From IMG/VR virus record IMGVR_UViG_3300031555_003626, positions 169,330 through 233,329 of that record: a DNA stretch of 64,000 bases, one strand, 5' to 3'. This DNA comes from a virus. Its lineage: Duplodnaviria > Caudoviricetes. Positions 34,797 through 45,027 of the stretch are shown piece after piece. Position 1 is the first letter of the stretch, and each line of letters opens with the position of its first letter. Both the position numbers and the translations under genes were made by a program. The notes beneath the pieces are model-generated. The model worked only from the letters and a program-made list of their open reading frames with translations. It was not told the DNA's origin and did not search any database.

Positions 34797-35525
34797 ATGA
34801 TTAGTATAAAAAATCAAGTGCCTAATATTTATTATGATGCTTCTCGAGACTTTCAAGTTTTAGGACACTTATATGAAGTCACACTTAACTATATTAAAAC
34901 AAATGCTGACATGCTGTATCTTCTTCCTAATGGCATCGAAGAAGATACACGTGCCACAGAGTTACTTGCAACTACTTTAGGATTTAAACTTAGACGAAAT
35001 TATGATAAAGCGCAGCTTGCTGCTCTTGTAAGTATTTTCCCCCAGTTATTAAAGATTAAAGGAACTTTGGCTGCTGTTAATTTAGCCGGTGACGCTCTAG
35101 TAAAAGCTTCAGGAGTACCTGGAATGTTTTCAAGCAAAATAGAAGAAGGTCATATATTAACTATTAACATTCCAATTGAGCTTTCAGATATTACACTATT
35201 TATTGACTTACTCCCGTATATTCTGCCTTTTGGCCTTAGAGTTTCTATAGTAAGAAATACTGTACTTAAACGTGAGCTAAATACGGCAGTGGGAGCGCTT
35301 GCAGTAATGAGAAAGGCTTTCTCCGTCGCAGCTCAAAACGAAGCATCGGAGCTTGGTCTTGCAAAAATTTCAAGTAATGGCGACCTAAAGGTAAAATATT
35401 CAGATGTTAATTATATTGGTCCAAACACTAATGAGCCAATTGCAGGTCAACTAGGCGCTTCACCAATTACTGCTTACGAGCCGCAAGAGTACTCACTGGA
35501 TACACAAAAGGAGGAAAATACTTAA
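34797..35525 (+). CDS. Baseplate/tail protein (P2 gpI-like)
   Basis: 'LLA..LGF', 'KIKGT..AV'; position after baseplate wedge. Confidence 0.5.
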   Translation: MISIKNQVPNIYYDASRDFQVLGHLYEVTLNYIKTNADMLYLLPNGIEEDTRATELLATTLGFKLRRNYDKAQLAALVSIFPQLLKIKGTLAAVNLAGDALVKASGVPGMFSSKIEEGHILTINIPIELSDITLFIDLLPYILPFGLRVSIVRNTVLKRELNTAVGALAVMRKAFSVAAQNEASELGLAKISSNGDLKVKYSDVNYIGPNTNEPIAGQLGASPITAYEPQEYSLDTQKEENT

Positions 35526-36092
35526 ATGTCAAAACCTATTTTTTCGGATGGCATCGGGTATGAGGGTAAGATAACACTTACCCTCAAGAGTGATAACCGT
35601 GTACTTAAATCTAAGACATATAAAAATAACGGTACATCTCAATTATTTAGCTTCTTGGGTAACTGTTTAATCGGGTCATTTGAAGACGCAAAAAAAGACC
35701 TACCGAGAAAAATTATGCTCTTAAAAAATGAATCAAATAAAGAAGCTACTCTTGATGAAAAAAATGTAAAATCTTGTTCTGTATTTCGTAGTTATACTAA
35801 AACTCCTGCAATAGTTAATGATAGTGACTTAGGTGCTGTTAGAGTAACATATAGCTTTGAGATACCCAAATACGAAGTAGAGGCCGACTTTAATCAAGTG
35901 GCACTTTATGGAGCAGAGACTACTGATATTAAAAGTTTTTCTGCATACTATTATTTAACTGACGCAAAGGGACGTTTAACAGATGAGCAGATTGGTAATT
36001 GGTCTGCGACTACTATTCTACTTATTGAGTGGGAACTCAGCTTATCAAATACAAATATAGCTACAAATAGTACACAAGGAGGACAAGGATAA
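35526..36092 (+). CDS. Hypothetical baseplate-associated protein
   Basis: Operon context. Confidence 0.45.
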   Translation: MSKPIFSDGIGYEGKITLTLKSDNRVLKSKTYKNNGTSQLFSFLGNCLIGSFEDAKKDLPRKIMLLKNESNKEATLDEKNVKSCSVFRSYTKTPAIVNDSDLGAVRVTYSFEIPKYEVEADFNQVALYGAETTDIKSFSAYYYLTDAKGRLTDEQIGNWSATTILLIEWELSLSNTNIATNSTQGGQG

Positions 36093-37703
36093 ATGAGCAA
36101 TCATATTAATAATAAACTTTTAATATTAGAAAATAATACTGATGATATCAGAGTTTTTATATCCAGCGAAAATATAAATGTATTTCCTTGTTCTCGTAGA
36201 GGGCAGAAGACCATTACAGGCTATGCTTCAAATTGGGACCCAGAGGCTCGCTTAAATACTGAACGTACTAATAGGCTTCATACTGCAATTAATGGCTTTA
36301 CAGATGATTTTATTGTTAGCTATGAAGAGCAAAAAGATGAAGCCGGCACCGGCACAGGTAAGTATAGGCTAATTTTTGTTTTAGCTGGTTATTATATAGA
36401 AATTAAAGATTTTAATCTTGATAATATTATCGGCATTGAAGCATTAAACCTTAACACTGGTACAATTTATGCTCATTTGAGCTTGCACGATAATATACCA
36501 TTAGACGTATCAGGTTACTATACAGAGCTTCTATATAAGCAGTCGTCTAAAGTTGACCATAATCTTATAGATGTTGAGTACTCAGATTCTACTAATAATG
36601 CGAGCGGTTATTTCTTTATGGGCGTTTCCTTTACGTCTGCACCTGTTGAGGATGAAGTTCAGGTTGGAACGGGTGCTAACCTACAAACCCATACATTGGC
36701 CTCTTTCGATTTACCTCTTTTTTCTAAAACTGATGGAGACGGTAATTGGCAGCTTGTTCAAACTTCACTATTACCAAAAATAGAGCATGGTGAAACTACA
36801 GACTCTATTGTAGTTACTGGTAAAACTTTACTAAAGGATACTCTTGAGGTTAAGGGTGCTACTACGATTGAGAATACTCTTACTGTGACCAAAGATAAAG
36901 CAACCTCTTTAGGTGGTACCCTTACTGTAGCTAAAGCGGCAACGTTTAATGATACGCTTACTGTCGAAGATGATAAGGCTACTAGCCTAGGCGGCACTCT
37001 TTCTGTAGCCGCTGGGAAAGATACTACTCTTGGGGGCGCGCTTTCTGTAGCTGGAAATGCTACCTTGACAAGTAACCTTGCAGTAGCCGATAATATTAAT
37101 GTAGGTAATCCCACAAATAAGGCAGAAAGTGATAATGGAGGCTGTATCGTTGCTGAAAAGGATATTACGGCTGAACAAGACTTAGTTGCAAAACGTAATG
37201 TAGAAGCTACCATGAGTATTAAAACACCCACTCTTGATGTCGAAATAATAAAAAATGATGATACCGAAGCTGTTACCATTGATGATGATTTGTCTGTTGC
37301 TGGTCATATAACTCTTAACACGAGCAAAGCTGTCACTGCTGATAGGGTAAATGTTTATACTATTAATAGTAGACAGGAAAAGGGTACAATAACCGTAACG
37401 TCGCCTGTTATTCTGAATGGCAACACTACGTTAAATAATGGTTTAGAAGTAACTAATGGAGATACATCGCTTAAGAAACTAACAACTACCGAATTAGCAG
37501 TAGCTACCGATGCTCTTACGGTCACAGAAGATGAGGCTAATTTTACAAAGCCCGTTACTGTCGATAGTAGCTTGACAGCTAATAATGTGCAAATTAAAGA
37601 CCAGGGTCAAGTACCTGCTTTAGAACTTTATCACTTTAAGAATGGATCATATCAGTTACGATTTAAATTTAACACAGCACCAACTATTATTGAAGAAGAA
37701 TAA
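36093..37703 (+). CDS. Tail fibre-like protein with beta-helix repeats
   Basis: 'ATSLGGTLTV' repeats. Confidence 0.55.
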   Translation: MSNHINNKLLILENNTDDIRVFISSENINVFPCSRRGQKTITGYASNWDPEARLNTERTNRLHTAINGFTDDFIVSYEEQKDEAGTGTGKYRLIFVLAGYYIEIKDFNLDNIIGIEALNLNTGTIYAHLSLHDNIPLDVSGYYTELLYKQSSKVDHNLIDVEYSDSTNNASGYFFMGVSFTSAPVEDEVQVGTGANLQTHTLASFDLPLFSKTDGDGNWQLVQTSLLPKIEHGETTDSIVVTGKTLLKDTLEVKGATTIENTLTVTKDKATSLGGTLTVAKAATFNDTLTVEDDKATSLGGTLSVAAGKDTTLGGALSVAGNATLTSNLAVADNINVGNPTNKAESDNGGCIVAEKDITAEQDLVAKRNVEATMSIKTPTLDVEIIKNDDTEAVTIDDDLSVAGHITLNTSKAVTADRVNVYTINSRQEKGTITVTSPVILNGNTTLNNGLEVTNGDTSLKKLTTTELAVATDALTVTEDEANFTKPVTVDSSLTANNVQIKDQGQVPALELYHFKNGSYQLRFKFNTAPTIIEEE

Positions 37704-37860
37704 TAAAAATTGGGCTAACATAAAAGTTAGCTCAATTCTTTTTGTTTAGTAGAAAAATTGTTAATTTTATAACTAATTAATAAATTGTTAATTTAATAGC
37801 TTACTTAAAATTATTTGCTAAATTTAATGATTACAAGTATCTATAAAAAGGAGCTAGAAA

Positions 37861-38574
37861 ATGCCTGGCTGGTTAATAACTGTGTTAAGCACTGCAGGGT
37901 CAGTAATATTAACACTTACTATAACACTACTTTTTAATAAGTTAGTTGCACTTCCAAAAGAACTTAAGAAACAGAGAGAAGCTGAGGCAGCAGCACAAGC
38001 TGCAAAAGAGGCTGCAAAAGAGGCTGCACACGCAGAAAGAGAGGCCGAACTTCAGTCTGAGATAGATACACTTAAAAGAGAAGCTGAAGAAAAAGAAAGA
38101 CAGCACTGTCAAGATGACCAACTAAGAGATGCTAAGATTGCTGCACTTCAAGCAGCAGTTGATGCTCTGCCTTCTTATCGTGCACAGAGCCTTCAAATTC
38201 AAACACAGCTACAAACAACTGATAGAGAGATTCTTGCTGCTTGTGAAGCGATTCAAAGAGGTGTTGCTGATAACCAGCACGTTCTTAATGAGCGCTTAGA
38301 CCGTTTAGAAAAGCGTGAGAAAAATGCGCTTAGACAAAAGATTTTACAGGAACATCGCTTATTTACAGATGAGACAATGAATCCTATGAGAGCTTGGACA
38401 GAGATGGAACATCACTCCTTCTTCGAATTAGTAAAAGACTACGAAGATCTCGGCGGTAACGATTATGTGCATAGTGACGTTCTTCCTGACATGAATAGGC
38501 TTCGAGTTATCCCTATGTCAGACAGAACCACTCTATATGAATTAATGCATAGCAGAAGAATTAACGCACAGTAA
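37861..38574 (+). CDS. Membrane-anchored coiled-coil protein (possibly lysis-related)
   Basis: N-terminal TM, coiled coil, 'Y..LGGN' motif. Confidence 0.45.
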   Translation: MPGWLITVLSTAGSVILTLTITLLFNKLVALPKELKKQREAEAAAQAAKEAAKEAAHAEREAELQSEIDTLKREAEEKERQHCQDDQLRDAKIAALQAAVDALPSYRAQSLQIQTQLQTTDREILAACEAIQRGVADNQHVLNERLDRLEKREKNALRQKILQEHRLFTDETMNPMRAWTEMEHHSFFELVKDYEDLGGNDYVHSDVLPDMNRLRVIPMSDRTTLYELMHSRRINAQ

Positions 38575-38689
38575 AAATTATACTAAATAAATTAATAAGG
38601 TCTGTCAATAGATGGGCCTTATTTTTTTTCTTAAATTTTAAAGAGAGATATTGTATAATATAAAGTAAAGTAATATAAGGAGTAAAATA

Positions 38690-40783
38690 ATGTCAAAACA
38701 ATACACTTCTGATAATATTAAAGTTTTAAATGATATTGAACACATACAACTTCGTTCTGGTATGTATATCGGTGAGGCAAATGACCCGAGATCGCTTTTC
38801 TCAGAAATGTTTGATAATGCTATGGATGAGGTAAGTGCTGGACACTCTACCGAACTTGTTGCTGAAATCGATACTAAAGAAAATCGATACACAGTTCATG
38901 ACTTCGGGAGAGGCATTCCACATGGCCTTAAAAAGCTAGACAATGGAGAAGAAAAAGAAGTAGTCGAAGTTCTTATGACTATTGCCAATTCCGGCGGCAA
39001 GTTTGATAACAATTCTTATAACTACTCTGCAGGCCTTAACGGTGTTGGTATGACTGTCACAAATGCGCTTTCTGAGACTTTTACTATTAGAACTAGGCGC
39101 AGTGGTAAATATGTAGACGCCACCACTCACGGGTCGGCTGACGTAGAACTAAAGAGAGGAAAAACTCAAGAGCACTCTGGAACTTCCGCTTCTTTCATTC
39201 CTAATAAGAAGTATTTCCATTCTTCTAAGATTCCTCACGATTTTATTATAAATAGGTGTAGAATTGCGTCAGCTCTCGGGTTTAGGGCACGCTGTATTAT
39301 AGATAATGAAGAAGTTGATACTAACTGTACAATTTTCGACTTAATTAAAGAGGAAGATTCTAAGATTGCTACTTATGTAGATATTCCTACTATCGAAGTT
39401 CAGAATGACGCTGGCGAGTCCATGAAGGTAGCATTAAGATATACTTCTGATACGAAAGATAGGTATTTTGGTTATACTAATCTTCTTTCTAATTATCTTG
39501 GCGGCACACATATTCAATGCTTGTCTAAGACAATTCAGACAACCTGGGAAGCGCTTATTAACAAATATAAAAATCTTAAGCCGGCTGTTGACCTGAAGCC
39601 TTCTGATTATCTTGTCGGTCTTCGTGGCATTTGTGCTGTATTTATTTCACATCCTGAGTTTTCTTCTCAGACAAAGGAAAAACTGGTAGTCAATAAGACT
39701 TATTTTGACGGCCTTATGGAAGCCTTTAGCAAGAGCCTGACAAAATATCTAACTAATAATATTGAGGTTGCACAGCAGCTTTTAAAGCGCTTTGAGGAGT
39801 ATCGTATAGCTCAAAATGCCTTGCTTTCCCGTAAAGAAATTTCATCATTAATTAAAATTAACGAGGACTCTGGTGATAACATCAGGCGTCGTTCAGTTGT
39901 TTCAAAACTTGTAGAATGTACGTCAAGAAAGAGAGACGATACAGAACTATTTATCGTTGAAGGTGATTCTGCAATGGGTCCGTACCTTTATGTAAGAGAT
40001 AAAGCAACTCAGGCAGTACTTCCTATAAGAGGTAAGATTCTTAATACTACATATAAGGATCTTAAAGAAGTAATTCAAAATAAAGAAATCTGTGATATTG
40101 CAAATAGTATTGGTTGTGGTATAGGCGCTCAGTGTGATGCTTCGAAGTCTCGTTATGAAAGAATTATTATATCTGCCGATGCCGACCCTGACGGACTTCA
40201 AATTAACTGTCTTGTTCTTGCAGTATTTATTAATCTGTTTCCTGATATGGTTAAGCAGGGAAGAGTCTATGTTTCACTCCCACCCCTTTATTGTTGGGGT
40301 AAATCTGCAAAAGATTATGGTTGGTGTAATAAAGTAGAGGATATTCCTGCTACGGCAAAAGACGTACATCGCTTCAAGGGACTTGGAGAAATGAATGACG
40401 ACCAGCTTTATTACTTCTTGGTAGATAAGAATACTAGAAATGTGCTTCAGATTGAGTATCCTTCTGATATTGATGAGTTTAACAAAATTCTTGGTACTTC
40501 GGAAGGAAAGGGTAGTCTTCTTAAGGACCTTGGAATTATCCTTAATTCTGAGACGAAGGTATTTACTAATCCTGAACCTGTGCTTAAACAGACCAATAAT
40601 ACTGTACCTGTTGCTATTGACGGTCCCGTGCTTACTGTTAAAGAGCCTGTTCCTGTTGAAAAAGTTACAAAACCTAGAAAGAAACCAGCTGAAAAAAGTT
40701 CTACAAAAAAGATTGCAATAGTCGGTGAAGGCAAAGATAGAGTAGCTGAAGTTGTAAATCTTTTTGCTGGGCTTTTTGACTGA
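38690..40783 (+). CDS. gyrB: Type IIA DNA topoisomerase, subunit B (GyrB/ParE-like)
   Basis: GHKL 'E..DNA.DE', 'D.GRGIP', 'GGKF', 'GLNGVG'; TOPRIM 'EGDSA', 'PIRGKILN', 'DADPDG', 'RFKGLGEM'. Confidence 0.9.
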   Translation: MSKQYTSDNIKVLNDIEHIQLRSGMYIGEANDPRSLFSEMFDNAMDEVSAGHSTELVAEIDTKENRYTVHDFGRGIPHGLKKLDNGEEKEVVEVLMTIANSGGKFDNNSYNYSAGLNGVGMTVTNALSETFTIRTRRSGKYVDATTHGSADVELKRGKTQEHSGTSASFIPNKKYFHSSKIPHDFIINRCRIASALGFRARCIIDNEEVDTNCTIFDLIKEEDSKIATYVDIPTIEVQNDAGESMKVALRYTSDTKDRYFGYTNLLSNYLGGTHIQCLSKTIQTTWEALINKYKNLKPAVDLKPSDYLVGLRGICAVFISHPEFSSQTKEKLVVNKTYFDGLMEAFSKSLTKYLTNNIEVAQQLLKRFEEYRIAQNALLSRKEISSLIKINEDSGDNIRRRSVVSKLVECTSRKRDDTELFIVEGDSAMGPYLYVRDKATQAVLPIRGKILNTTYKDLKEVIQNKEICDIANSIGCGIGAQCDASKSRYERIIISADADPDGLQINCLVLAVFINLFPDMVKQGRVYVSLPPLYCWGKSAKDYGWCNKVEDIPATAKDVHRFKGLGEMNDDQLYYFLVDKNTRNVLQIEYPSDIDEFNKILGTSEGKGSLLKDLGIILNSETKVFTNPEPVLKQTNNTVPVAIDGPVLTVKEPVPVEKVTKPRKKPAEKSSTKKIAIVGEGKDRVAEVVNLFAGLFD

Positions 40784-40793
40784 GGAGGAAAAA

Positions 40794-42179
40794 ATGAATA
40801 TAACTATTCCTGTAAAAGATGCTCTTGAATTGGCATCTGAAAACTATAAAGAGTATAGTATCTACGTTGCTGCAGGTAGAGCTTACGGATCCGTAATTGA
40901 TGGAGCTAAGAGTGTACAAAAGAGAGTTATTTATTCTCTCTATAAAAAGGCACCGAGGTCTATCATCAAGGTAGCTGAAGCAGCCGGCTACTGTCTTGAT
41001 ATGCACCCTCACCCTACTGCAGTTCCTGAAGTTATTGTATCTCTCGGAGATAACAGCAATAAGTTTAATTTCTTAGATAAACAAGGAAACTTCGGTAATC
41101 GCATAAAGAATATCGAAGCTTCCGCACCTCGTTATATCGGTTGTAGACTTTCCGACCTTGCTATCGACCTTACTTGTGACGGCATCGAGTACTGTCCTAC
41201 CATGACGGGAGAACTTGACAAGCCTGAGCCTATTGCTTTGCCTACCCTACTTCCGCTCTGTTTCTTAAATTCAATGTCAGGTATTCCGGCGGGCCTTCCT
41301 AAGCTCAATATTCCATGTCTCGATATTGAAGGTATGTTTGATTACTACCTTGATATTCTTAAGCATAAAGACCTTAATTGGGTACCGAAGAAGCTTCCTA
41401 TTCCTAATGTTGGTGTATCTATTTTGTCTGACAAAAAAGAGTGGGAAGAAGTCCTTAAGACTGGTAAAGGTTCTATTAGACTTGCCCCTGAGATGACTAT
41501 TGACAAAAACGGTACTATCACTATTACTGCAATGCCGGCATCTAAGACTGCGGAGCACGTAAGAAAGATTATTGAAAAAGAAATCTTACTTGATAAAGTT
41601 GATATGCGAGATGAGTCTACCTATGATACCCGTATTGTAGTTGAAAAGGTATTTAAGAAACAGTGCGACATGCAGGAATTGTTTGATAGACTCTACAAAA
41701 AGCTTCAGACTTCTGAAACTTATAATCTTGCCTTCTTCGACCAAGATCATATTTATGTACCTTGTAGCTTTGATCTTGTGGTAAAGTCTAATCTTAATTA
41801 TTTGATTGAAACACACACCAATAGACTTACTCATCAGATTGCGGACAACAGAGAAAAGCTTTTGGTTCTTCAGATTATTGAAAGTCTTAAAAAGACAAAT
41901 AATTGGAAAGATATCTTTGACTTATCCTATGACGATGCAGTAAATTTTATCGCGATGCGTTTTAAAGCTTGTACAGAAGAAATTGCAAAAGAAGTTCTTA
42001 GAAAGCCGATGTCATATCTAACAAAGGCGCATGACCAGGAAATTATTGATCTTCAGAATCTTATTAATGAGCTCGAAAATGACCAGTCTGACATCTTTGA
42101 GATGTTAACTAAGAAGTACAAAGCAGTAAAATCTAAGGTGCTGAAAGAAATCTCACCTAATACGACAAAATTTATATAA
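40794..42179 (+). CDS. gyrA: Type IIA DNA topoisomerase, subunit A (GyrA/ParC-like, no CTD)
   Basis: ATG 40794 after GAGGAGG; 'DG.K.VQKR', 'HPH', 'QGNFG', catalytic 'APRY'. Confidence 0.85.
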   Translation: MNITIPVKDALELASENYKEYSIYVAAGRAYGSVIDGAKSVQKRVIYSLYKKAPRSIIKVAEAAGYCLDMHPHPTAVPEVIVSLGDNSNKFNFLDKQGNFGNRIKNIEASAPRYIGCRLSDLAIDLTCDGIEYCPTMTGELDKPEPIALPTLLPLCFLNSMSGIPAGLPKLNIPCLDIEGMFDYYLDILKHKDLNWVPKKLPIPNVGVSILSDKKEWEEVLKTGKGSIRLAPEMTIDKNGTITITAMPASKTAEHVRKIIEKEILLDKVDMRDESTYDTRIVVEKVFKKQCDMQELFDRLYKKLQTSETYNLAFFDQDHIYVPCSFDLVVKSNLNYLIETHTNRLTHQIADNREKLLVLQIIESLKKTNNWKDIFDLSYDDAVNFIAMRFKACTEEIAKEVLRKPMSYLTKAHDQEIIDLQNLINELENDQSDIFEMLTKKYKAVKSKVLKEISPNTTKFI

Positions 42180-42219
42180 AATTTGCTAAATTATATAGTA
42201 TTATAATGGAGGAACTTTT

Positions 42220-42939
42220 ATGAAGTATAAACGATTAAATTTTGAAGATTATTTTACTATATGTTCAAGCAATTGGAATAAACTAGCTACTAATTTAGAA
42301 ATTGCTAAATATGAAAGCATCCCTTATAATTATAAGGGTAAAAATTACAAAGCCGAGTATCAAGTACGCTTTGATGAAAACCGAAACTGTATTCAAATTA
42401 TCTTACAGCAAACTTCTGGTAAAATGGATTGGTTTGCTAATTTTGATTTTGCCGCAAAGCTCTACGATAAGTTTACTTTTGAAGGCAAACTAATTCAACT
42501 AAGAGTGCACCGAGGTTGGGGCAACATGTGGCTTGTTTGTCAGTCTACAGTAAGACAGAGAGTTAAAGAACTTCTTGATATGCACCCAGGTTGTTTTATT
42601 GAAATTTTTGGCTGGTCTCTTGGCAGCGGTCTCGCCCAGCTTGCAGCAGAAGATATTTATTTCAAGTTTGGTATTAAGCCTTATCTTTATACCTATGGAA
42701 GTGTAAAACCGTTCTATGGAAAAGATACTTATAATTTCGTAAAGTCATGCTGTGCCGAAGCTTATAACTTCTACGACCATTGCGATATTGTAGGTTATAT
42801 GGTACCTTTCTTTGGTTGGAAGGCTATCAATCATTGTAAAGTAAAGCTTGAAAAATTTAGTATTCTTAAGCTTTTTAAACCTAATACCTATCATACTAAA
42901 TATGATGTACCTGGACAGTACGATAAGTATAATTCTTGA
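42220..42939 (+). CDS. Lipase class 3 / alpha-beta hydrolase
   Basis: 'VHRGW', 'GWSLGSGLA' (GxSxG), 'YTYGS', 'DIV..VP'. Confidence 0.75.
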   Translation: MKYKRLNFEDYFTICSSNWNKLATNLEIAKYESIPYNYKGKNYKAEYQVRFDENRNCIQIILQQTSGKMDWFANFDFAAKLYDKFTFEGKLIQLRVHRGWGNMWLVCQSTVRQRVKELLDMHPGCFIEIFGWSLGSGLAQLAAEDIYFKFGIKPYLYTYGSVKPFYGKDTYNFVKSCCAEAYNFYDHCDIVGYMVPFFGWKAINHCKVKLEKFSILKLFKPNTYHTKYDVPGQYDKYNS

Positions 42940-42950
42940 AAGGAATTAAT

Positions 42951-43544
42951 ATGTTTTTTGATTCAGATTTTATGAGGCTCTATGAGGCCTTAGAGCGTCT
43001 TAATGAGAAAATTATAGAAGAAGACAAGAAGGAAAAGAAGAATAAACAAGTCAGTGGTCAAGAAGATTTAGTAAAATTAATGGATAGCTTCTTAACTAGC
43101 ATAGACCTTGTTAGAATTTCAAATATCGCGATGAAATGTTCCGATTTTTCTTCTGCAGGTGCTGCGGTTTGGGTGCCTTCTAATAGAGTTATTGATTATA
43201 CAGATAGCATACCATATTTTGATGTACTGGCAACTAAGAGGCTTCCTAAGTTTGTCGAAACTTTGCCATCTGGTGAGTGGCCGATTAAAATGTGGGCGCC
43301 CAATGTAATTCAAAATAACGATGGTCGATTTATTATTGAAATAGACCTTGGTGAGTTAAACCGTAAACAGTGGAGAGGCTTAGGTTTTAGATTTAGAGTG
43401 AATGATAAGCCTTATTTTGTTTTTGGCGATATTTTTTATAAAGGGTATCAAAAAATTAATGGTAAAAATGATGGGCACGTTCAGCAGGCAAACTATTATT
43501 ATGATTTAATAATGAAAAAACTCAAAGAATTTAATAATAAATAA
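42951..43544 (+). CDS. Hypothetical protein (possible internal virion protein)
   Basis: ATG 42951 after AAGGA; N-terminal 'FMRLYEALERLNE'. Confidence 0.5.
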   Translation: MFFDSDFMRLYEALERLNEKIIEEDKKEKKNKQVSGQEDLVKLMDSFLTSIDLVRISNIAMKCSDFSSAGAAVWVPSNRVIDYTDSIPYFDVLATKRLPKFVETLPSGEWPIKMWAPNVIQNNDGRFIIEIDLGELNRKQWRGLGFRFRVNDKPYFVFGDIFYKGYQKINGKNDGHVQQANYYYDLIMKKLKEFNNK

Positions 43545-43604
43545 TGTTTTTCTGCTCAAAGTTATTGTATAATATAATAAAGTTAAAATTTAAGGAGCTA
43601 ACAT

Positions 43605-43946
43605 ATGGTTGACTTCACTACTTATAATAAAAATGAAAAGCGTGCTGATGAGCTTCAGGAAAAGTATGGACTTTCTATGACTCTTCACGACCTCTATGCT
43701 TGGGAAGAGCTTACTGAATCTGAGGTTATTGGCATTCAGCAGTACCGTGATCGTACTTATCCGAAGTATACGGGTGATGCAGAGTCAGACCTTAAACTTC
43801 AGGAAGCTTTTGAGAAAGAGTTTGCTGCTCGAAATCTTACAGAAGATCAACTTATAGATTATAAAGCGAAGAGCCTCTATGAAAATTCTTGTTTAGACCT
43901 CGACGAAGCCTTGGAGCTTCAGAGACTTAGAACAATCAAAAATTAA
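43605..43946 (+). CDS. Hypothetical protein
   Basis: Own promoter, RBS and terminator. Confidence 0.55.
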   Translation: MVDFTTYNKNEKRADELQEKYGLSMTLHDLYAWEELTESEVIGIQQYRDRTYPKYTGDAESDLKLQEAFEKEFAARNLTEDQLIDYKAKSLYENSCLDLDEALELQRLRTIKN

Positions 43947-44040
43947 TATCTAAAAGAAATCTCAATGATCTTACCGGTTATTGAGATTTTTTATTTTAGT
44001 TTATTGTATTATATAATATAAAATTATTTTAGAGGTACAT

Positions 44041-44568
44041 ATGAAAGTTATTTGTATTAGCGCAAAAGCACGACATGGTAAAGATACTGCGGCAGAAATG
44101 ATTAAGTATTATTTAGAGTATAAAGGACAAAGAGTTTTGGTGACTCATTTTGCAGATTTGCTTAAGTTTATTTGTACAAAGTTCTTTAATTGGAATGGCC
44201 TAAAAGATGAGGCGGGGCGGACACTTCTTCAGTATATTGGTACAGATGTTGTAGGCACAAAGAATCCCGCATACTGGGCAGAATTTATTGTAAGTATTCT
44301 TAGGATGTTTGAAAATGAATGGGACTATGTTCTTATTCCTGACTGCCGCTATCCTATTGAGGTAGAGACTATGAAAAAGCATTTTGATACCACTATTCTT
44401 CGAGTAGAAAGACCTAATTTTGACAACGGTCTTACTGAGGCTCAGAAGAATCATCCTTCAGAAGTAGCTATGGATAGTCAGCCTTATGATGCTTATGTAC
44501 GTAATGAAGGAAGCCTTGAAGACTTTGAAGATAAAATTAATCGGTTTGTTGAAAAATTTTTTACTTAA
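44041..44568 (+). CDS. Deoxynucleoside monophosphate kinase
   Basis: 'I.ISAKARHGKDTAA', 'FAD.LK', 'R.LLQ.IGT', 'I.DCRYP.E', 'H.SE'. Confidence 0.8.
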   Translation: MKVICISAKARHGKDTAAEMIKYYLEYKGQRVLVTHFADLLKFICTKFFNWNGLKDEAGRTLLQYIGTDVVGTKNPAYWAEFIVSILRMFENEWDYVLIPDCRYPIEVETMKKHFDTTILRVERPNFDNGLTEAQKNHPSEVAMDSQPYDAYVRNEGSLEDFEDKINRFVEKFFT

Positions 44569-44589
44569 ATAAAATTAGGAGATCTTTGT

Positions 44590-44997
44590 ATGGTAAAAAT
44601 AAATGATAAAGATTTATATCAGCTTTTGATCGCAGAATTTCGTTATGCAGTAAAGCGAGACAATCACCTCGCCCCGAGTAGCTGTATACAACATATTATG
44701 ACTTATCTACCTGAACTATCCAAAGAGTGGCAGATTCATATAGCCGAGCAACTCACTAATGAAGTTATTCAGGAAAGACTCTTTATTGGTGGACGTGAAA
44801 AAGGTCGTCTTGAGCAGGATGCAGAATGGGAAAAGCTTCTTGTTTTTCTTACTGACTACCTCGTAAAGCTTCCGTATGCAGTAGAAAAATATATGCAGTA
44901 TATTTATAATAAACCTGATTGGGAAGCTAATATTGATTATTTCTCTCCCAAGATGGCAATGAAAATTAAGTTAAATCAAGCAAAATTTAATGTATAA
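44590..44997 (+). CDS. Hypothetical protein
   Basis: RBS; 'FRYA..R...AP' motif. Confidence 0.5.
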   Translation: MVKINDKDLYQLLIAEFRYAVKRDNHLAPSSCIQHIMTYLPELSKEWQIHIAEQLTNEVIQERLFIGGREKGRLEQDAEWEKLLVFLTDYLVKLPYAVEKYMQYIYNKPDWEANIDYFSPKMAMKIKLNQAKFNV

Positions 44998-45027
44998 TAT
45001 AGTATTAATTGAAAGGATTTATATTAA

